Numbered from the stretch's first letter, positions 12,339 through 25,034 are shown. The stretch: 64,000 bases of DNA from Heptranchias perlo (GCF_035084215.1 NC_090363.1:3286001-3350000); one strand, 5' to 3'. A program made the numbers and translations. Notes: generated by a model from the sequence alone, not told the origin.

Positions 12339-13639
12339 CTGTCAGGAAGATTTCATAGGTAACCCTGGTCCATTAGTAAAGTGCATGGAGTAGAGTGTGA
12401 CATGTTCATGCAGTTTGCTTTAAGCGGCATTTCCCCCAGTAAAGGGTACGGTAAAATTAATGATCGGGGTGTAAAATATTCTTGCTGTATCTGTGGGAAA
12501 AAAACTCAGCAATTATGTACCTCACCCTTCCAAACCCTGGCTTGTGTCTGAAAACAGCATTTTGAGCAAAGTCGCACAAGTGTGAGGTGCTGGTGGTGGG
12601 TGTGATGTGAAGAATTAATACTGCATTTGTATTACAGTGCTGCTGCCAAAGTCTGGAATCTGTGCTGTAATATAAGCAATGCCATTCCTCCAAACTTGGC
12701 TTTTCCCAATGACATCGATGAACTCGATGTCCACTTTTTGTTTCTGGTCACAGGCAGGCTTTGCATTGTTAGCCTCTACGGTAATTCCTGCAACACCAAG
12801 GGCACTGAGAGCTGTTACACATTGTACAATCACTTTCGTACGAGCAGTTTTGCAATGTAAATGTGGCATAAGAGCATTGTGGAAGAAACATATCAAATTA
12901 AGTACAATTTTTCCTTTAACAAATCAATACCAACATGCTCAAATATGCCCAGAGACAATACTGATTATTCACAGAATTTATCCTCATCCCAAAATCATTA
13001 CAAGTGCACCGCAATTCAGTTCTTGTTTTTCATAAATCATAACTAATGCTTTTCATTCTACAAAATGAACTGTGTTTACATATAAAACTATAAAGAAACA
13101 AACAGAATGAGCATCTCTATAACTCTACTATTAAAATCACTGGTGGTAATATGTTGGATTACAAACGAGGAAACCTAAGCCACCAGAAGGAAATCAGAGC
13201 AATTCATGACCAACGTTGGAATTCCAAGATTAGACTGCAGTGTTGAAATCGTTGGATGGTGCTTGTACTTTTGCTTAGTTTAGCATGTGTGCTGTTTTAA
13301 TTACCTTTGTGTGTGATGAGATGAGTTACTGTTATTGAGGGATAAAAAGTCACTGAACGCTGGGGGGGCGGAAAAACAGAAAATACTTGAAATGCTTTGT
13401 AGGTCGACCAACGCCTGAAAGATTAACCTATCTTTCTCTCTCAGATGCTGTCTAACATGCTGGACATTTCCAACAGTTTCTGGTCTTAATTTCATCATTG
13501 TTCACGGTCTGGGTCACCTTTTCTGCCAGTAACACTTGGTGAGATTTCAAAGTATACACAAGGACAGACAAACAAACGCAAGGTGTACAATATCATTTTC
13601 TCTGCAGCTTATATATTCCGATAAATGGGATTTACAGAC

Positions 13640-13921
13640 CTGATATTTGTAGATGGGCTTCCCACTGTTTGCCCAACAGTTTGTTCATTATGATGCACGT
13701 ATATCTGTTCTTAGAACCTTCTTGCACTTGAAGACTGCTCTCCACTTTTAAAAGTCCTCTGGAGTCCGGTATTGGTTTTTCAAGCACTCCCGGCAGCTCC
13801 TCTCCATTTGCACTATGCCATACTATGCTCGGTTCTGGATACCATTCATCAGACGCACACGTAAGCTTTACTCCACCGGCTTGATACCCAGCCATCTTCA
13901 TCACAGGTTCATGGCCAATAT
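13640..13921 (-). CDS. Butyrophilin-like gene A IgC exon
   Basis: 282 nt, phase 1-1. IGHEPVMKM..GVKLTCASDEWYPEPSIVW...YTCIIMNKLLGKQWEAHLQIS, the B7/BTN C-type domain. Confidence 0.93.
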
Positions 13922-14419
13922 CTATTATTCAAAACATATTTTGTTTGTTTAAAAAGGGTTCCCGAGAACAACGAAAACCTCATGCTCTCTGAAGCTTCAG
14001 TCAAGCATGGGAACAGCAGCAAGTCATTCAGCCCCCACGAGCCCGTCCCCGCCATTCAATCAGATCACTGCTGATCTGTACCTCAGCTCCATATCCCTTG
14101 ATACTCTTAACCTAACAAAATTCTATCGATCTCAAGTCTTGAAATTTTCAATTGACCCCCAGGCATCCACAGCCTTTTGGAAAAAGCGAGTTCCAAATTT
14201 CCACTACCCTTTGTGTGAAGCCATAATATTTCACACATTAAATAACATCGGAGGGTAATATTAACCTCACCCGACGGAATTGGATCGAGCAACGCCCAAT
14301 TTTACCCTCCATTGAAGTCAGCCGCCGACAAAATGTATTAAATGAGCTTAGTTTTGAAGTGCAGAACACAGGAGCAACAACCACTGAGAATTGGACCCTC
14401 GAATAGAAACTTTACTCAC

Positions 14420-14767
14420 TCCCAACTTTCAGTTGAACCAATCCCTCTGCGTCCAGAGCTTTGGAGACGACGAAACATTTGTACATCCCATCATCCTTCA
14501 CATTTACTCTCTTCAACAGGAGGGAGACGTTCCCGTTGGTAAAAAGTCCCTGAAACAATTCTGTCCTTTCAAAATATTCCTTAGCTTGCGACTCGGGTCG
14601 ATCCTGTCCTTTTCTGTATAAATGTACTGCCTGCGACCAGTCCGATCGAAACCACCGCACCTCCATCTCCTCGGGAGGCTCTGCTGGTATCAACTGACAA
14701 TCCAGAACAACATCTCCTCCAACCGTGGCCACTACTGGCTTGCTTGGAGTGGTAACTATGAATTTTC
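14420..14767 (-). CDS. Butyrophilin-like gene A IgV exon
   Basis: 348 nt, tttctag|...|gtgagt. KFIV...VGGDVVLDCQLIP...MEVRWFR...VHLYRKGQD...YFERTELF...GNVSLLLKRV..DDGMYKC. Confidence 0.95.
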
Positions 14768-14822
14768 CTAGAAATTAACAAAATGTTAAATTATTAAAGG
14801 ACGCAAAGAACACACAAATCAA

Positions 14823-15200
14823 CTTGCATTTTATAGATCTCTGTACCAAAGTGCTCAACAACCAATAAATTGCCTTTGAAGCGCAGTCACTGTTGTAACG
14901 TCGGCAAATATGGCAGGCAATTTGAACGCAGCAAGGTTCCACAAACAGCGATGAGATCAATGACTGGATCATCTGTTTTTTTTGGTGGTGTTGTTTGAGG
15001 GATAAATGTGCCCTGGGATCCATTATGTCCACCCAAACATCGGTTAGCAGCTCATCTGAAAAAAAGGCAAATCCTGTGACAGTGCAGCACTCCCTCAGCA
15101 TGTATTTAAGGTTAGATTATGTGCTCGCTTCCTGGAGCGGGATTTGAATTTGTGATCTTCTAACCCACAGGCAAGAGTGCTACCAATCAGCCAAGCCTCA
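14823..15200 (-). mobile_element. Deu-domain-type SINE relic
   Basis: Shares blocks (acagtgcagcactccctcag, aacttgcatttatatag, gcagtcactgttgtaa) with the copies at 20100-22765 and 51060-51240. Confidence 0.55.
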
Positions 15201-15394
15201 AAGTCCATCAAATACCCACTCGCCCCCAACCCGCCCGTTTTTGGGGTTTAAAATCAGCCCCATTGTTCTTTCCTTTCCTCCCTTCTCAAAGCAGTAACTT
15301 GTGCCACTGGATCCAAGGGCAGCACCGGTCCTCCAGCACCTCACTCAGGTGGCCATGATTCATATGTGAGAGTAAATAGTGAGGCTAATTCTAG

Positions 15395-15469
15395 ACTCCC
15401 ACTACTGGGCTCAAGTAATTCAGCACAGACCAGTACTCCCAACACTTAATAAACTAACTCAGCACAGAC
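15395..15469. repeat. ~40-bp minisatellite (cagcacagaccagtactcccaacacttaataaactaact), left part; continues at 18044-18157
   Basis: The same unit occurs on both sides of the CR1 insertion. Confidence 0.75.
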
Positions 15470-15945
15470 TCACTATAGGCCAGTCAGTTTAACCTCAGTG
15501 GTGGGGAAACTTTTAGAAACGATAATCCAGGACAGAATTAACAGTCACTTGGACGAGTGTGGATTGATTAGGGAAAACCAGCATGGATTTGTTAAAGGCA
15601 AATCGTGTTTAACTAACCTGATAGAGTTTCTTGATGAGGTAACTGAGAGGGCAGATGAGGGCAATGCAGTTGATGTGTATATGGATTTTCAAAAGACGTT
15701 TGATAAAGTGCCGCACGGTAGGTTTATCATCAAGATTGCCGTCCAAGGAATCAGGGGGGCAGTAGCAACATAGATACAGAATTGGCTAAGGACAGGAAAC
15801 AGAGTAGCGGTGAACGGTTGTTTTTCGGACTGGAGGGAGGTGTACAGTGGTGTTATCCGGGGTCAGTGCTGGGACCACTGCTTTTCTTGATATATTGTAA
15901 ACAATTTTACAACACCAAGTTATAGTCCAGCAATTTTATTTTAAA

Positions 15946-15984
15946 TTCACAAGCTTTCGGAGGCTACCTCCTTCCTCAGGTGAA
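15946..15984 (-). ncRNA. Minimal hammerhead ribozyme (inverted pLTR)
   Basis: Same core as 8318-8356, with stem II loop tag. Confidence 0.85.
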
Positions 15985-16954
15985 CGATGTGGAAATGAAA
16001 TCCTCTAAATGAAATCGCATTTATAATTCACAGAACAATGCTTGGTGATTACAGACAGTTTTTTCAACTGCCCGTTGCCACGGCAATCAGTGTGCAGACA
16101 GACAGGTGTTACCTGCAAGGTCTCAGAATATACAAATCACCAAAAAAAACAACAAACAAAAAAAAAACAGAGATAGAGAGGTAGAAACATAGAAAAGACA
16201 GCAACTGACCCGTTTGCAGCAAATTACCCAGCTTTCAAGAGAACAGCGTCCACGACACCACACAACCCTGCCACGGTAACCTCTGCAAGACATGCCAGAT
16301 CATCGACACAGATACCACCATCACACGAGCGGACACCACCCACCAGGTGCATGGTTCATACTCCTGTGACTCGGCCAACGTTGTCTACCTCATACGTTGC
16401 AGGAAAGGATGCCCCAGAGCATGGTACATTGGCGAGACCATGCAGACGCTGCGACAACGGATGAACGGACACCGCGCAACAATCGCCAAACAGGAGGGTT
16501 CCCTCCCAGTCGGGGAACACTTCAGCAGTCATGGACATTCATCCACCGACCTTCGGGTAAGCGTACTCCAAGGCGGCCTTCGAGACACACGACAACGCAA
16601 AATCGTCGAGCAGAAATTGATAGCCAAGTTCCGCACCCATGAGGACGGCCTCAACCGGGATCTTGGGTTCATGTCACGCTACACGTTACCCCACCAGCGA
16701 ACAAATGTTATCGGTTTTTAATATAACGGGTCAGTTGCTGTCTTTTCTATGTTTCTACCTCTCTATCTCTGTTTTTTTTTTGTTTGTTGTTTTTTTTGGT
16801 GATTTGTATATTCTGAGACCTGGCAGGTAACACCTGTCTGTCTGCACACTGATTGCCTTGGCAACGGGCAGTTGAAAAAACTGTCTGTAATCACCAAGCA
16901 TTGTTCTGTGAATTATAAATGCGATTTCATTTAGAGGATTTCATTTCCACATCG

Positions 16955-16993
16955 TTCACCTGAGGAAGGAGGTAGCCTCCGAAAGCTTGTGAA
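16955..16993 (+). ncRNA. Minimal hammerhead ribozyme (direct pLTR)
   Basis: ttcacCTGAGGAaggaggtagcctccGAAAgcTTgtgaa. Confidence 0.85.
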
Positions 16994-18261
16994 TTTAAAA
17001 TAAAATTGCTGGACTATAACTTGGTGTTGTAAAATTGTTTACAATTGTCAACCCCAGTCCATCACCGGCATCTCCACATCATTTCTTGATATATATTAAT
17101 GACTTGGACTTGGGTGTACAGGGCACAATTTCAAAATTTGTAGATGACACAAAATTTGGAAGGTAGTAAACAGTGAGGAGGATAGTGATAGACTTCAAGA
17201 GGATATAGACAAGCTGGTGGCATGGGCGGACACCTGGCGGAAGAAAAATGCGAAGTGATACATTTCAGTAGGAAGAACAAGGAGAGGCAATATAAACTAG
17301 AGGGTACAACTCTAAAAGGGGTACAGGAACAGAGAGATCTGGGGGTATATGTGCACAAATCGTTGAAGGTGGCAGGGCAGGTTGAGACAGTGGTTAAAAA
17401 AGCATTCAGGATCCTGGGCTTTATAAATAGAGGCATAGAGTACAAAAGTATGGAAGTTATGATAAACCTTTATAAAACACCGGTTCGGCCACAACTGGAG
17501 TATTGTGTCCACTTCTGGGCACCGCACTTCAAGAAAGATGTGATGGCCTTAGAAAGAGTGGAGAAGAGATTTACTAGAATGATTCCAGGGATGAGGGACT
17601 TTAGTTATGTGGATAGACTGGAGAAGCTGGGGTTGTTCTCCTTGGAACAGAGATGGTTGCGAGGAGATTTGATAGAGGTATTCAAAATCATGAAGGATCT
17701 AGACAGAGTAGATAGAGAGAAACTGTTCCCATTGGCGGAAGGGTCAAGGACCAGAGGACATAGATTTAAGGTGATTGGCAAAAGAACCAAAGGTGACATG
17801 AGGAACAACTTTTTCACACAGCGAGTGGTTATGATCTGGAATGCACTGCCGGAGTGGGTGGTGGAGGCAGATTCAATCATGTCCTTCAAAAGGGAACTGG
17901 ATACGTACTTGAAAGGAAAAAAGTTTCAGGGCTATGGGGAAAGGGCGGGGGAGTGGGACTAGCTGGATTGCTCTTGCAAAGAGCCGCCACGGACTCGATG
18001 GGCCACATGGCCTCCTTCCGTGCTGTAACCTTTCTATGATTCTAGACCAGCACTCCCAACACTTAATAAACTAACTCAGCACAGAGCAGTACTCCCAACA
18101 CTGAGCTCAACTAACTCAGCACAGACCAACACTCCCACAACTGAGATGTTAACTCAGGAGATGTGTTGTACTGCATGAGTTAGAATAAAGCTGCCTCCTT
18201 GTTGCCCCACCAACATACTTACAATCAATGAAAAGTATCCCTACAACTACACCAGAGAGAG

Positions 18262-19608
18262 AGATTTTGGTGGAAAAATTGGATAAGAGCTGTTTTTGGG
18301 CACGGGTAGTGTGATGCGCCCAATGGCCCCTGCGCAGGCAGGACGAGAGTTTCGGAGGAACGGAGGACTCACCTGCAATCAGCGTTCCATTCCAGGCCTT
18401 GCACATGGAATCAATGTATTTCGCACTTTCCACCAGTAGATGGAGCTCAATCTCTTTAAGAGATTTCTAAGAAACATCCTCCCTTTAAGGTAGCCGGTAC
18501 CTGTTATTTGCTGAAAAAAACAGTCTACTGTCTGCACGGAGTCTGAACAGAGATCGGACATCGGACACGTAAAACACAGATGCAGCTCCCATCTCTATGT
18601 TTACACTGATGCGTTATGTTAAAACATTGAATAAAGTTTGCGCACTACTAAATCACACATCCTCCAATCTGTACACCAGACCTCACCAATCTGCCCATCT
18701 GAGTTGGTACCAGGCCTGCGAGAGTGCATGCACCAAGGTTCTCTGCTGATGCACTAGATACCTTGTGCAAGAGGTGGACAGAAGGAGGGTCATCCTATAT
18801 CCACAGGGGCGGGGGGGAACAAGATGCCCTCCAGACACATACTCAAAAGGCAGTGGGAGGCAGCAGGGGATGAAGTCAATGCCAGGCGGACGGCATCATG
18901 AATATGGATGCAGTGTAGGAAGAAGTTCAATGCTTTGATACGAGTGGTCAAGGTGAGTGAGATCAACAGTGAAGTGGCGTCTCCTACCAACGACACCACT
19001 AGCCACATCCACTGCTCCGTGCACTATACCCCCAAACAAACTCTTTCCATCAGTACTCAACTCTTCCAATCAGGTGCTTCCTCTCACCCTTACACATTAC
19101 CAGTGTTTCAAGCCGCCCACCCACAACTCACAGGCCACACACGCTAGCAGCTATTCAACCATGACAGGCACATCATCCAGGCACTCGTCGCGCTTTCTTG
19201 CAGGAGAAGGTGGCGCATATCAGGAGGCAGCAAGTGGCAGTGGCATTTAGCCCCTCAAGCCTGATCCACCATTCAATGAGATCATGGTGGACCTGTGACC
19301 TAACTCCATATACCCGCATTAGCCCCATATCCCTTAATACCGTTGGTTCACAGAAATCTATCAATCTCAGATTTAACATTCACAAGTGAGCTAGCATCAA
19401 CTGCCGTCTGCAGAAGAGCGTTCCAAACGTCTCCCACCCTTTGCGTGTAGAAGCATTCGTTATCTGCGCCTGCGCTAACTCCTATACCAAGATGGCGTCT
19501 GGCGCACGTCACGCTGGAAACGTGCGTGCGCATCCAAGATGCCATCTTGATGTTGGCGAGGCTGTGAAACGCTGAAACAACGGGTGGTACACGGCCCAAT
19601 TTAGTGCC
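18262..19608 (+). mobile_element. Non-autonomous PIF/Harbinger-type element with Myb/SANT-like gene remnant
   Basis: PRFSADAL..., WEAAGDEVNA..., WMQCRKKFNALIRVVK|gtgagt and acceptor ttcttgcag|EKVAH. TIR-like end cccaatttagtgccc. Second copy at ~51330-52030 on the minus strand. Confidence 0.7.
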
Positions 19609-20224
19609 CTTTATTTCTAACAATAATCCCAAAATATGTTTTTTTGCTCTTTATAATTCTTCTTTTACATTTCTTGTAATGGATTATTTTCTTTTATAGT
19701 TCTGATTAGACTGTATCTGTATCAAAACTATAAATGTACTTTTTATTGCCTGAAATAATTTTTCTTTTACAACCCGCATACTGCCCTCTGTGGAATTGTA
19801 ACTGGAAGGTGCACGTAACAGACTAAACTGATCTTTATTAACATGGAGACCGCAGTGGTTTCACATTGGGAGTCAGGATTGTATTTTAAAATAAATTAAA
19901 ACCTCACTTTTAATTTTCAAATTATGCATTGTATTTTCAGATGCATAAAACAATGATGTGCATGAAAGAAAAACAAGTAACTCTTTAAAAAGCCCAAACC
20001 TTCTATGGAGTATGTAAAATCTAAATGAGACTGTAAACAGAATTAACACAAATATAAACTTTGAATTTACACTTTCTGGTATGTCTCACTTCAGAATCAT
20101 AAGGTAATGAGTGGAAGCTCCACTCGGGAACTTATTTTAGGTTGACGCTTTAGTGCAATACTGAATAAGGGCTATATTGCCAAGAGGTGATATCTTTCAA
20201 ATGAGATGTTAGAACTAGGTCCTG

Positions 20225-22512
20225 CCTGCCTCCCAGTCCTTCTTGTCCTCTATCACAGAGGTCTTAGAGGACAGCGAGCGGGAGAGCACAGATCGGCCAC
20301 TATCCTTAGACGAGATGACAAAAGCCGTCCGGTCCTTCGAGAAGAGTAGAACTCCCGGAAGCGACGGCTTACTGGTTGAGTTGTACTCGGCTCCGTGGGA
20401 CTGGATAGGCACAGACCTACTGGAAGTGTACGGGGGTATGCTTCTGGCAGGCAGCATGTCAGAGTCCATGAGGAAAGACATCGTCCCCTTCATCTATAAG
20501 CGGAAGGGGGGGGAGGGAGGAAAGAAATCAGAAATTGGTGACCCGTTTCCTTGCTAAATGTCGACAACAAGATTCTGTCTAAGGCCATCGCCAACAGGTT
20601 GAAGTCTGCTCTGGAGCGGGTGATCCACCCAGATCAGGCCTGTACTATACCCAGCAGGAAGATCTCTGACAGCCTTGTGCTGCTCAGGGACACGATCACC
20701 TACATGCAGGACAGGGAGGGTGAACATATGCCTCACCAGCCTGGACCAGGAGAAGGCCTTCGACAGAGTACACGATGGACGTGCTCTCCAAAATGGGGTT
20801 TGGGGATGGAAGCCGCAATTGGATCCGATCGCTCTTTGCGGACATCCATAGCGCAGTCCTAATCAACGGGTGGGAGTCAGAGAGCTTTCCGATCAGATCT
20901 GGAGTCAGGCAGGGCTGTCCTCTCTCCGCGGTGTTGCTCGTATGTTGTATCGAGCTGTTTGCCATGTCCATCAGGAAGGACGCAGGTATCAGGGGGGTGA
21001 CAATCCCAGGCAGCGGAGGATCTCAGGTTAAGGCTTCCCTGTACATGGACGATGTCACCGTCTTTTGCTCCGATCAGCAGTCGGTCCACAGACTGATGGG
21101 CATCTGCGACCAGTTCAATCTGGCCTCATGGGCAAGTGGGAGACACGATCCTTCGTCCCCTTCACCGTGAGGTCCAACTACCTGAAAGTGCTGGGGATCT
21201 GGTTCGGGGGCCCCGGGCCTACACCGAAAACTGGGAGGAGCGGGTCACCAAGGCTAAAAAAAGCCTGGTATGTGGGTGGGACACTCCCTCTGCATAATCG
21301 GCAGGAACTTGGTGATAAGGTGTGAGGTACTCGCGGTGTTGCTCTATGTGGCCAGGGTCTGGCTAATTCCCCACAACTCCGCCGTCATAGTCACCCAAGC
21401 TATCTTCCACTTTGTCTGGAGGTCCAAGGTCGAACGCGTCCGCAGGTTCACCACGTACAAGCCCCCAGACAAAGTGGGGGGGGGGGCGGGGAAGAGCGTC
21501 CCCAATGCCGCTCTAACCCTGATGGCCACCTTTGTTTGTGGCTACCTCAGGATGTGTGTGGAGCCCTAGTACGCAATCAAGTGTCACTACGTGCTGAGTT
21601 TCTACCTGTCCAACACACTGAGAAGGCTGGGTGTGGCCACACTGGTCGAGCAGACACATGACGTCCCATCCAGCTGGACTGTACCCCACCACCTGTCCCC
21701 GGTGAAGTTCCTGAGGAGGAACCCCTTTGACCACAAGGCCATCAGACAATGGTCGACAGGGAACGTCCTGAGAGTCCTGCAGGGAAAGGAAGGGTGGATC
21801 CAATTGGGCAGTTCCCCGACCAGACGGTTGATGCCATTTGGCAGAATGTCTCATCACCAGAACCGACCAACTTGCACCAGGATGTAGCCTGGATGGTGGT
21901 GAGAAGGGCCCTCCCAGTGCAGTCCTTCCAACATGCATGTATTCTCGCACAGAACCATGAGCTGCCCTCGAGGCTGCGACGTGGAGGAGACCGTCGTCCA
22001 CCTCCTGATGGACTGCCCCTTCGCATAGAGGGTGTGGCGAGAGATGAGTTGGTATCTGTCCCGGTTCATCCCCAACAGTTCGGTTACACAGGACGCTGTG
22101 CTCTACGGGCTGTTCCCCGGGACGCACACCGAGACAGATATCAACTGCAGCTGAAAGGCCATCAACTGGGTGAAGGAGGCCCTTAGGTCTGCCCGAAACC
22201 TGCTGGTCTTGCAGCTGAAGGAGCTGTCCACAACCGAGTGTTGCCGATTGGCACACTCCAAAGTCCAGGAGTACGTGTTGCGGGACGCACTGAAGCGAGG
22301 TGTGACCCACATAAAGGTTCTATGGAGAAAGGCCACCGTGTCAGGCCACCCCACCTTGTATTGTACAGCATGTATTATAAGATATGTAGTGTGTTTAAAT
22401 TGTTAATACTGGAATCATATTGTGTACGATCCCTGGTGTATTGTATTGCCTTGGAATTGTGGTATCTTTAAATTTTATGAAATAAAGTATATTTTGAAAA
22501 TTAAAAAAAAAA
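20225..22512 (+). mobile_element. 5'-truncated Tx1/L1-clade non-LTR retrotransposon
   Basis: RTPGSDGL..ELY, NVDNKILSKAIANRLK, SGVRQGCPLS, LYMDDVTVF and a C-terminal zinc knuckle (EETVVHLLMDCP). AATAAA and A-tail at ~22482-22512. Inserted in a SINE. Confidence 0.88.
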
Positions 22513-23151
22513 TTTGAAGAACAGCACGGAGTTCTTCTGGTGTCCTGGCCAATATTCATCCCTCAACCAACCAAACCCTCCCCCCACTAAAAAAAATATT
22601 AACTGGCCATTCACCTCATTTGCTGTTTGTGGCTCCTTGCTGTGAGTAAATTGGCAATCGCATTTGCTGACCTAACAGTGACTGCACTTCAGAGGTAATT
22701 CATTGATTGTGAAGTGTTTTAGGATTCACTTGGGGACATGATAAGGTACTATATAACACAACTTTGCTCATTCTTTAGACTGAAATGAAAAGCAAACATT
22801 TAATTATGAAGGTGGTGTCATTTGGCTCATTGTGTCCATGTTAAATATCCATAAATATACTTGGATCATTGCTCTATCTAATATACTTGGATCATTGCTC
22901 TATCTAATTAATCAAGGTTCTGCTTAATACAGCCTTTTCCCAGACTCTCTAATGTAACCCCTTATTATCCTTCCATTCCCTCCTGGCTGACGTGTGTCAA
23001 TGTTTTGCTTCACATCAGTGCTGCAGTTATAGTGTAAATGCAGCTTGAATCCAGAGTCAGGGCATCTAATCTGACAATAGTGAAATGGAGTGACACTTCC
23101 TGGAGGAGAAAGTCTCACTCTGCTTCATTTTGGAGTTGGTTTGGGCCTTAT

Positions 23152-24755
23152 AGAATCATAGAAATTTATGGCACAGAAGGAGGCCATTCGGCTCATCGTG
23201 TCTGTGCTGGCCAAAAAAGAGCTACCTAGCCGAATCCCACTTTCCAGCTCTTGGTCCGTAGCCTTGTAGGTTACGGCACTTCAGGTGCATCTCCAAGAAC
23301 TTTTTAAATGCGATGAGGGTTTCTGCCTCTACCACCCTTTCAGGCAGTGAGTTCCAGACCCCCACCACCCTCTGGGTGAAAAAAATTCTCCTCAACTCCC
23401 CTCTCATCCTTCTAGCAATTATTTTAAATCTATGCCCGTGGTTTTTGACATCTCTGGTAAGGGAAATAAGTCCTTCCTATCCACTCTATCTCATCCGCTC
23501 ATAATTTTATCCACCTCAATTAAATCACTCCTCAGCTTCCTTTGTTCCAAAGAAAACACCCCCAGCCTATCCAATTTTTCCTCATAGCTAAAATTCTCCA
23601 GTCCTTGGAACATCCTCGTAAATCTCCTCTGTATCCTCTCTAGTGCAATCACATCTTTCCTGTAATGTGGTGACCAGAATTGTACACAGTACTGAAGCTG
23701 TGGCCTAACTAGTGTTTTCTACAGTTCTAGCATAACCTCCCTGCTCTTATATTCTATGCCTCGGCTAATAAAAGAAAGTATTCCATGTTCCTGCTACCTT
23801 CAGGGATCTGTGGACATGCACTCCAAGGTCCCTCGCTTCCTCTACACCTCTCAGTATCCTTCCATTTATTGTGTTTTCCCTCGCCTTGTTTGCCCTCCCC
23901 AAATGCTTCTCTGGATTGAATTCCATTTGCCACTTTTCTGCCCATCTGACCAGTCCCTTGATATCTTCCTGCAGTCTACAGCTTTCCTCCTCACTATCAA
24001 CCACACAGCCAATTTTTGTATCATCTGCAAACTTCTTACTCACACCCCCTACATTTAAGTCTAAATCATTAATATATACCACAAAAAGCAAGGGACCTAG
24101 TACTGAGCCCTGCGGAAGCCCACTGGAAACAGCCTTCCAGTCGCAAAAACACCCATCAACCATCATTCTTTGCTTCCTGCCAATGAGCCAATTTTGGATC
24201 CAACTTGCCCCTTTCCCTTAGATCCCATGGACTTTTACTTTTCTGACCAGTCTGCCATGTGGGACCTTGTCAAAATCCTTGCTGAAATCCATGTAGACTA
24301 CATCAAATGCACTTGTTACCGCCTCAAAAAATTCAATCAAGTTAGTGAGATACGACCTTCCCTTAACAAATCCATGTTGACTGTCCTTGATTAACCTGTG
24401 CCTTTCTAAATGACAGTTTATACTGTCTCTCAGAATTGATTCCAATAATTTGCCCACCATTGAGGTTAGACTGACTGGCCTGTAATTACTAGGTCTATCC
24501 TTTTCTCCCTTTTCAAACAATGGTACAACATTAGCAGTCCTCCAATCCTCCGGCACCATGCCTGTAGCTAGGGTGGATTGTAAAATGATGGTCAAAGCCT
24601 ACGTTATTTCCTCTCTTGCTTCTTTTAACAGCCTGGGATACATTTCATCCGGGCCTGGCAATATATCTACTTTCAAAAATGCTAAACCCCTTAATACTTC
24701 CTCTCTCACTATGTTTATCCCATCCAATATTTCACACTCCTCCTCCTTAACTACA
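23152..24755 (-). mobile_element. CR1 LINE fragment
   Basis: VPEDWRTANVVPLF, SGLPQGSVLGPLLFVVYINDL, KFADDTK. Confidence 0.92.
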
Positions 24756-24884
24756 AACTTCCTTTTTTTGCCTTATCCTACCCTGTATGCTCCTTGTCAT
24801 CTCGGGGGCTCTACATTTTGGACTCACTTTTTCTTTGTGGGAACATATTCTGAACCCTGACCTCTGCTTGCTCACCTGTGGTAA

Positions 24885-25030
24885 TTGTAAACAATTTTAC
24901 AACAACGTTCACCTGAGGAAGGAGGAAGCCTCCGAAAGCTTGTGAATTTAAAATAAAACTGCTGGACTATAACTTGGTGTTGTAAAATTGTTTACAATTG
25001 TGAACCCCAGTCCATCACCGGCATCTCCAC
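24885..25030 (+). mobile_element. Mini Penelope insertion (20-nt inverted arm + hammerhead + tail) inside ERV RT
   Basis: TSD cacctgtggtaa (24873-24884 and 25030-25041). Removing the insert restores TSACSPVVRETT. Confidence 0.92.
24908..24946 (+). ncRNA. Minimal hammerhead ribozyme
   Basis: ttcacCTGAGGAaggaggaagcctccGAAAgcTTgtgaa. Confidence 0.85.
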
Positions 25031-25034
25031 ACCT

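Larger units (their letters stand above)
15895..17081 (+). mobile_element. Truncated Penelope element with 320-bp inverted pLTR and ~36-nt 3' tail
   Basis: IR arms 15895-16214 and 16725-17044. GIY-YIG coding 16347-16721. TSD tttcttgatata(t) at 15883 and 17082. Confidence 0.95.
15470..18043 (+). mobile_element. 5'-truncated CR1 LINE interrupted by a Penelope insertion
   Basis: QHGFVKGKSCLTNLIEF, YMDFQKTFDKVPH, LYKTPVRPQLEYCVHFWAPH; ends in ttctatgattcta. Confidence 0.93.

Noticed and set aside
12615-12896. 93-aa minus-strand ORF between IgC and TM exons
   Set aside because: No recognisable domain and no convincing paired splice sites.
13305-13359. 55-nt candidate exon that might compensate the TM-exon frameshift (55+125=180)
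   Set aside because: Joining it to the TM exon gives AG|A TGA, an immediate stop.
15395-18157. ~40-bp repeats as a CRISPR array
   Set aside because: Units are contiguous with no unique spacers, the context is eukaryotic and there are no cas genes.
18223-18265. Hydrophobic stretch LSGVVVGILFID|gtaagt as gene A leader exon
   Set aside because: Its last base T plus the IgV exon's GA makes TGA, and no start codon is evident. Gene A's leader remains unidentified.
19781-19793. CTCF-like motifs (also near 41417 and 51299)
   Set aside because: Partial matches only; not supportable without data.
22854-22908. 26-bp direct repeat x2
   Set aside because: Simple local tandem duplication with no other signal.
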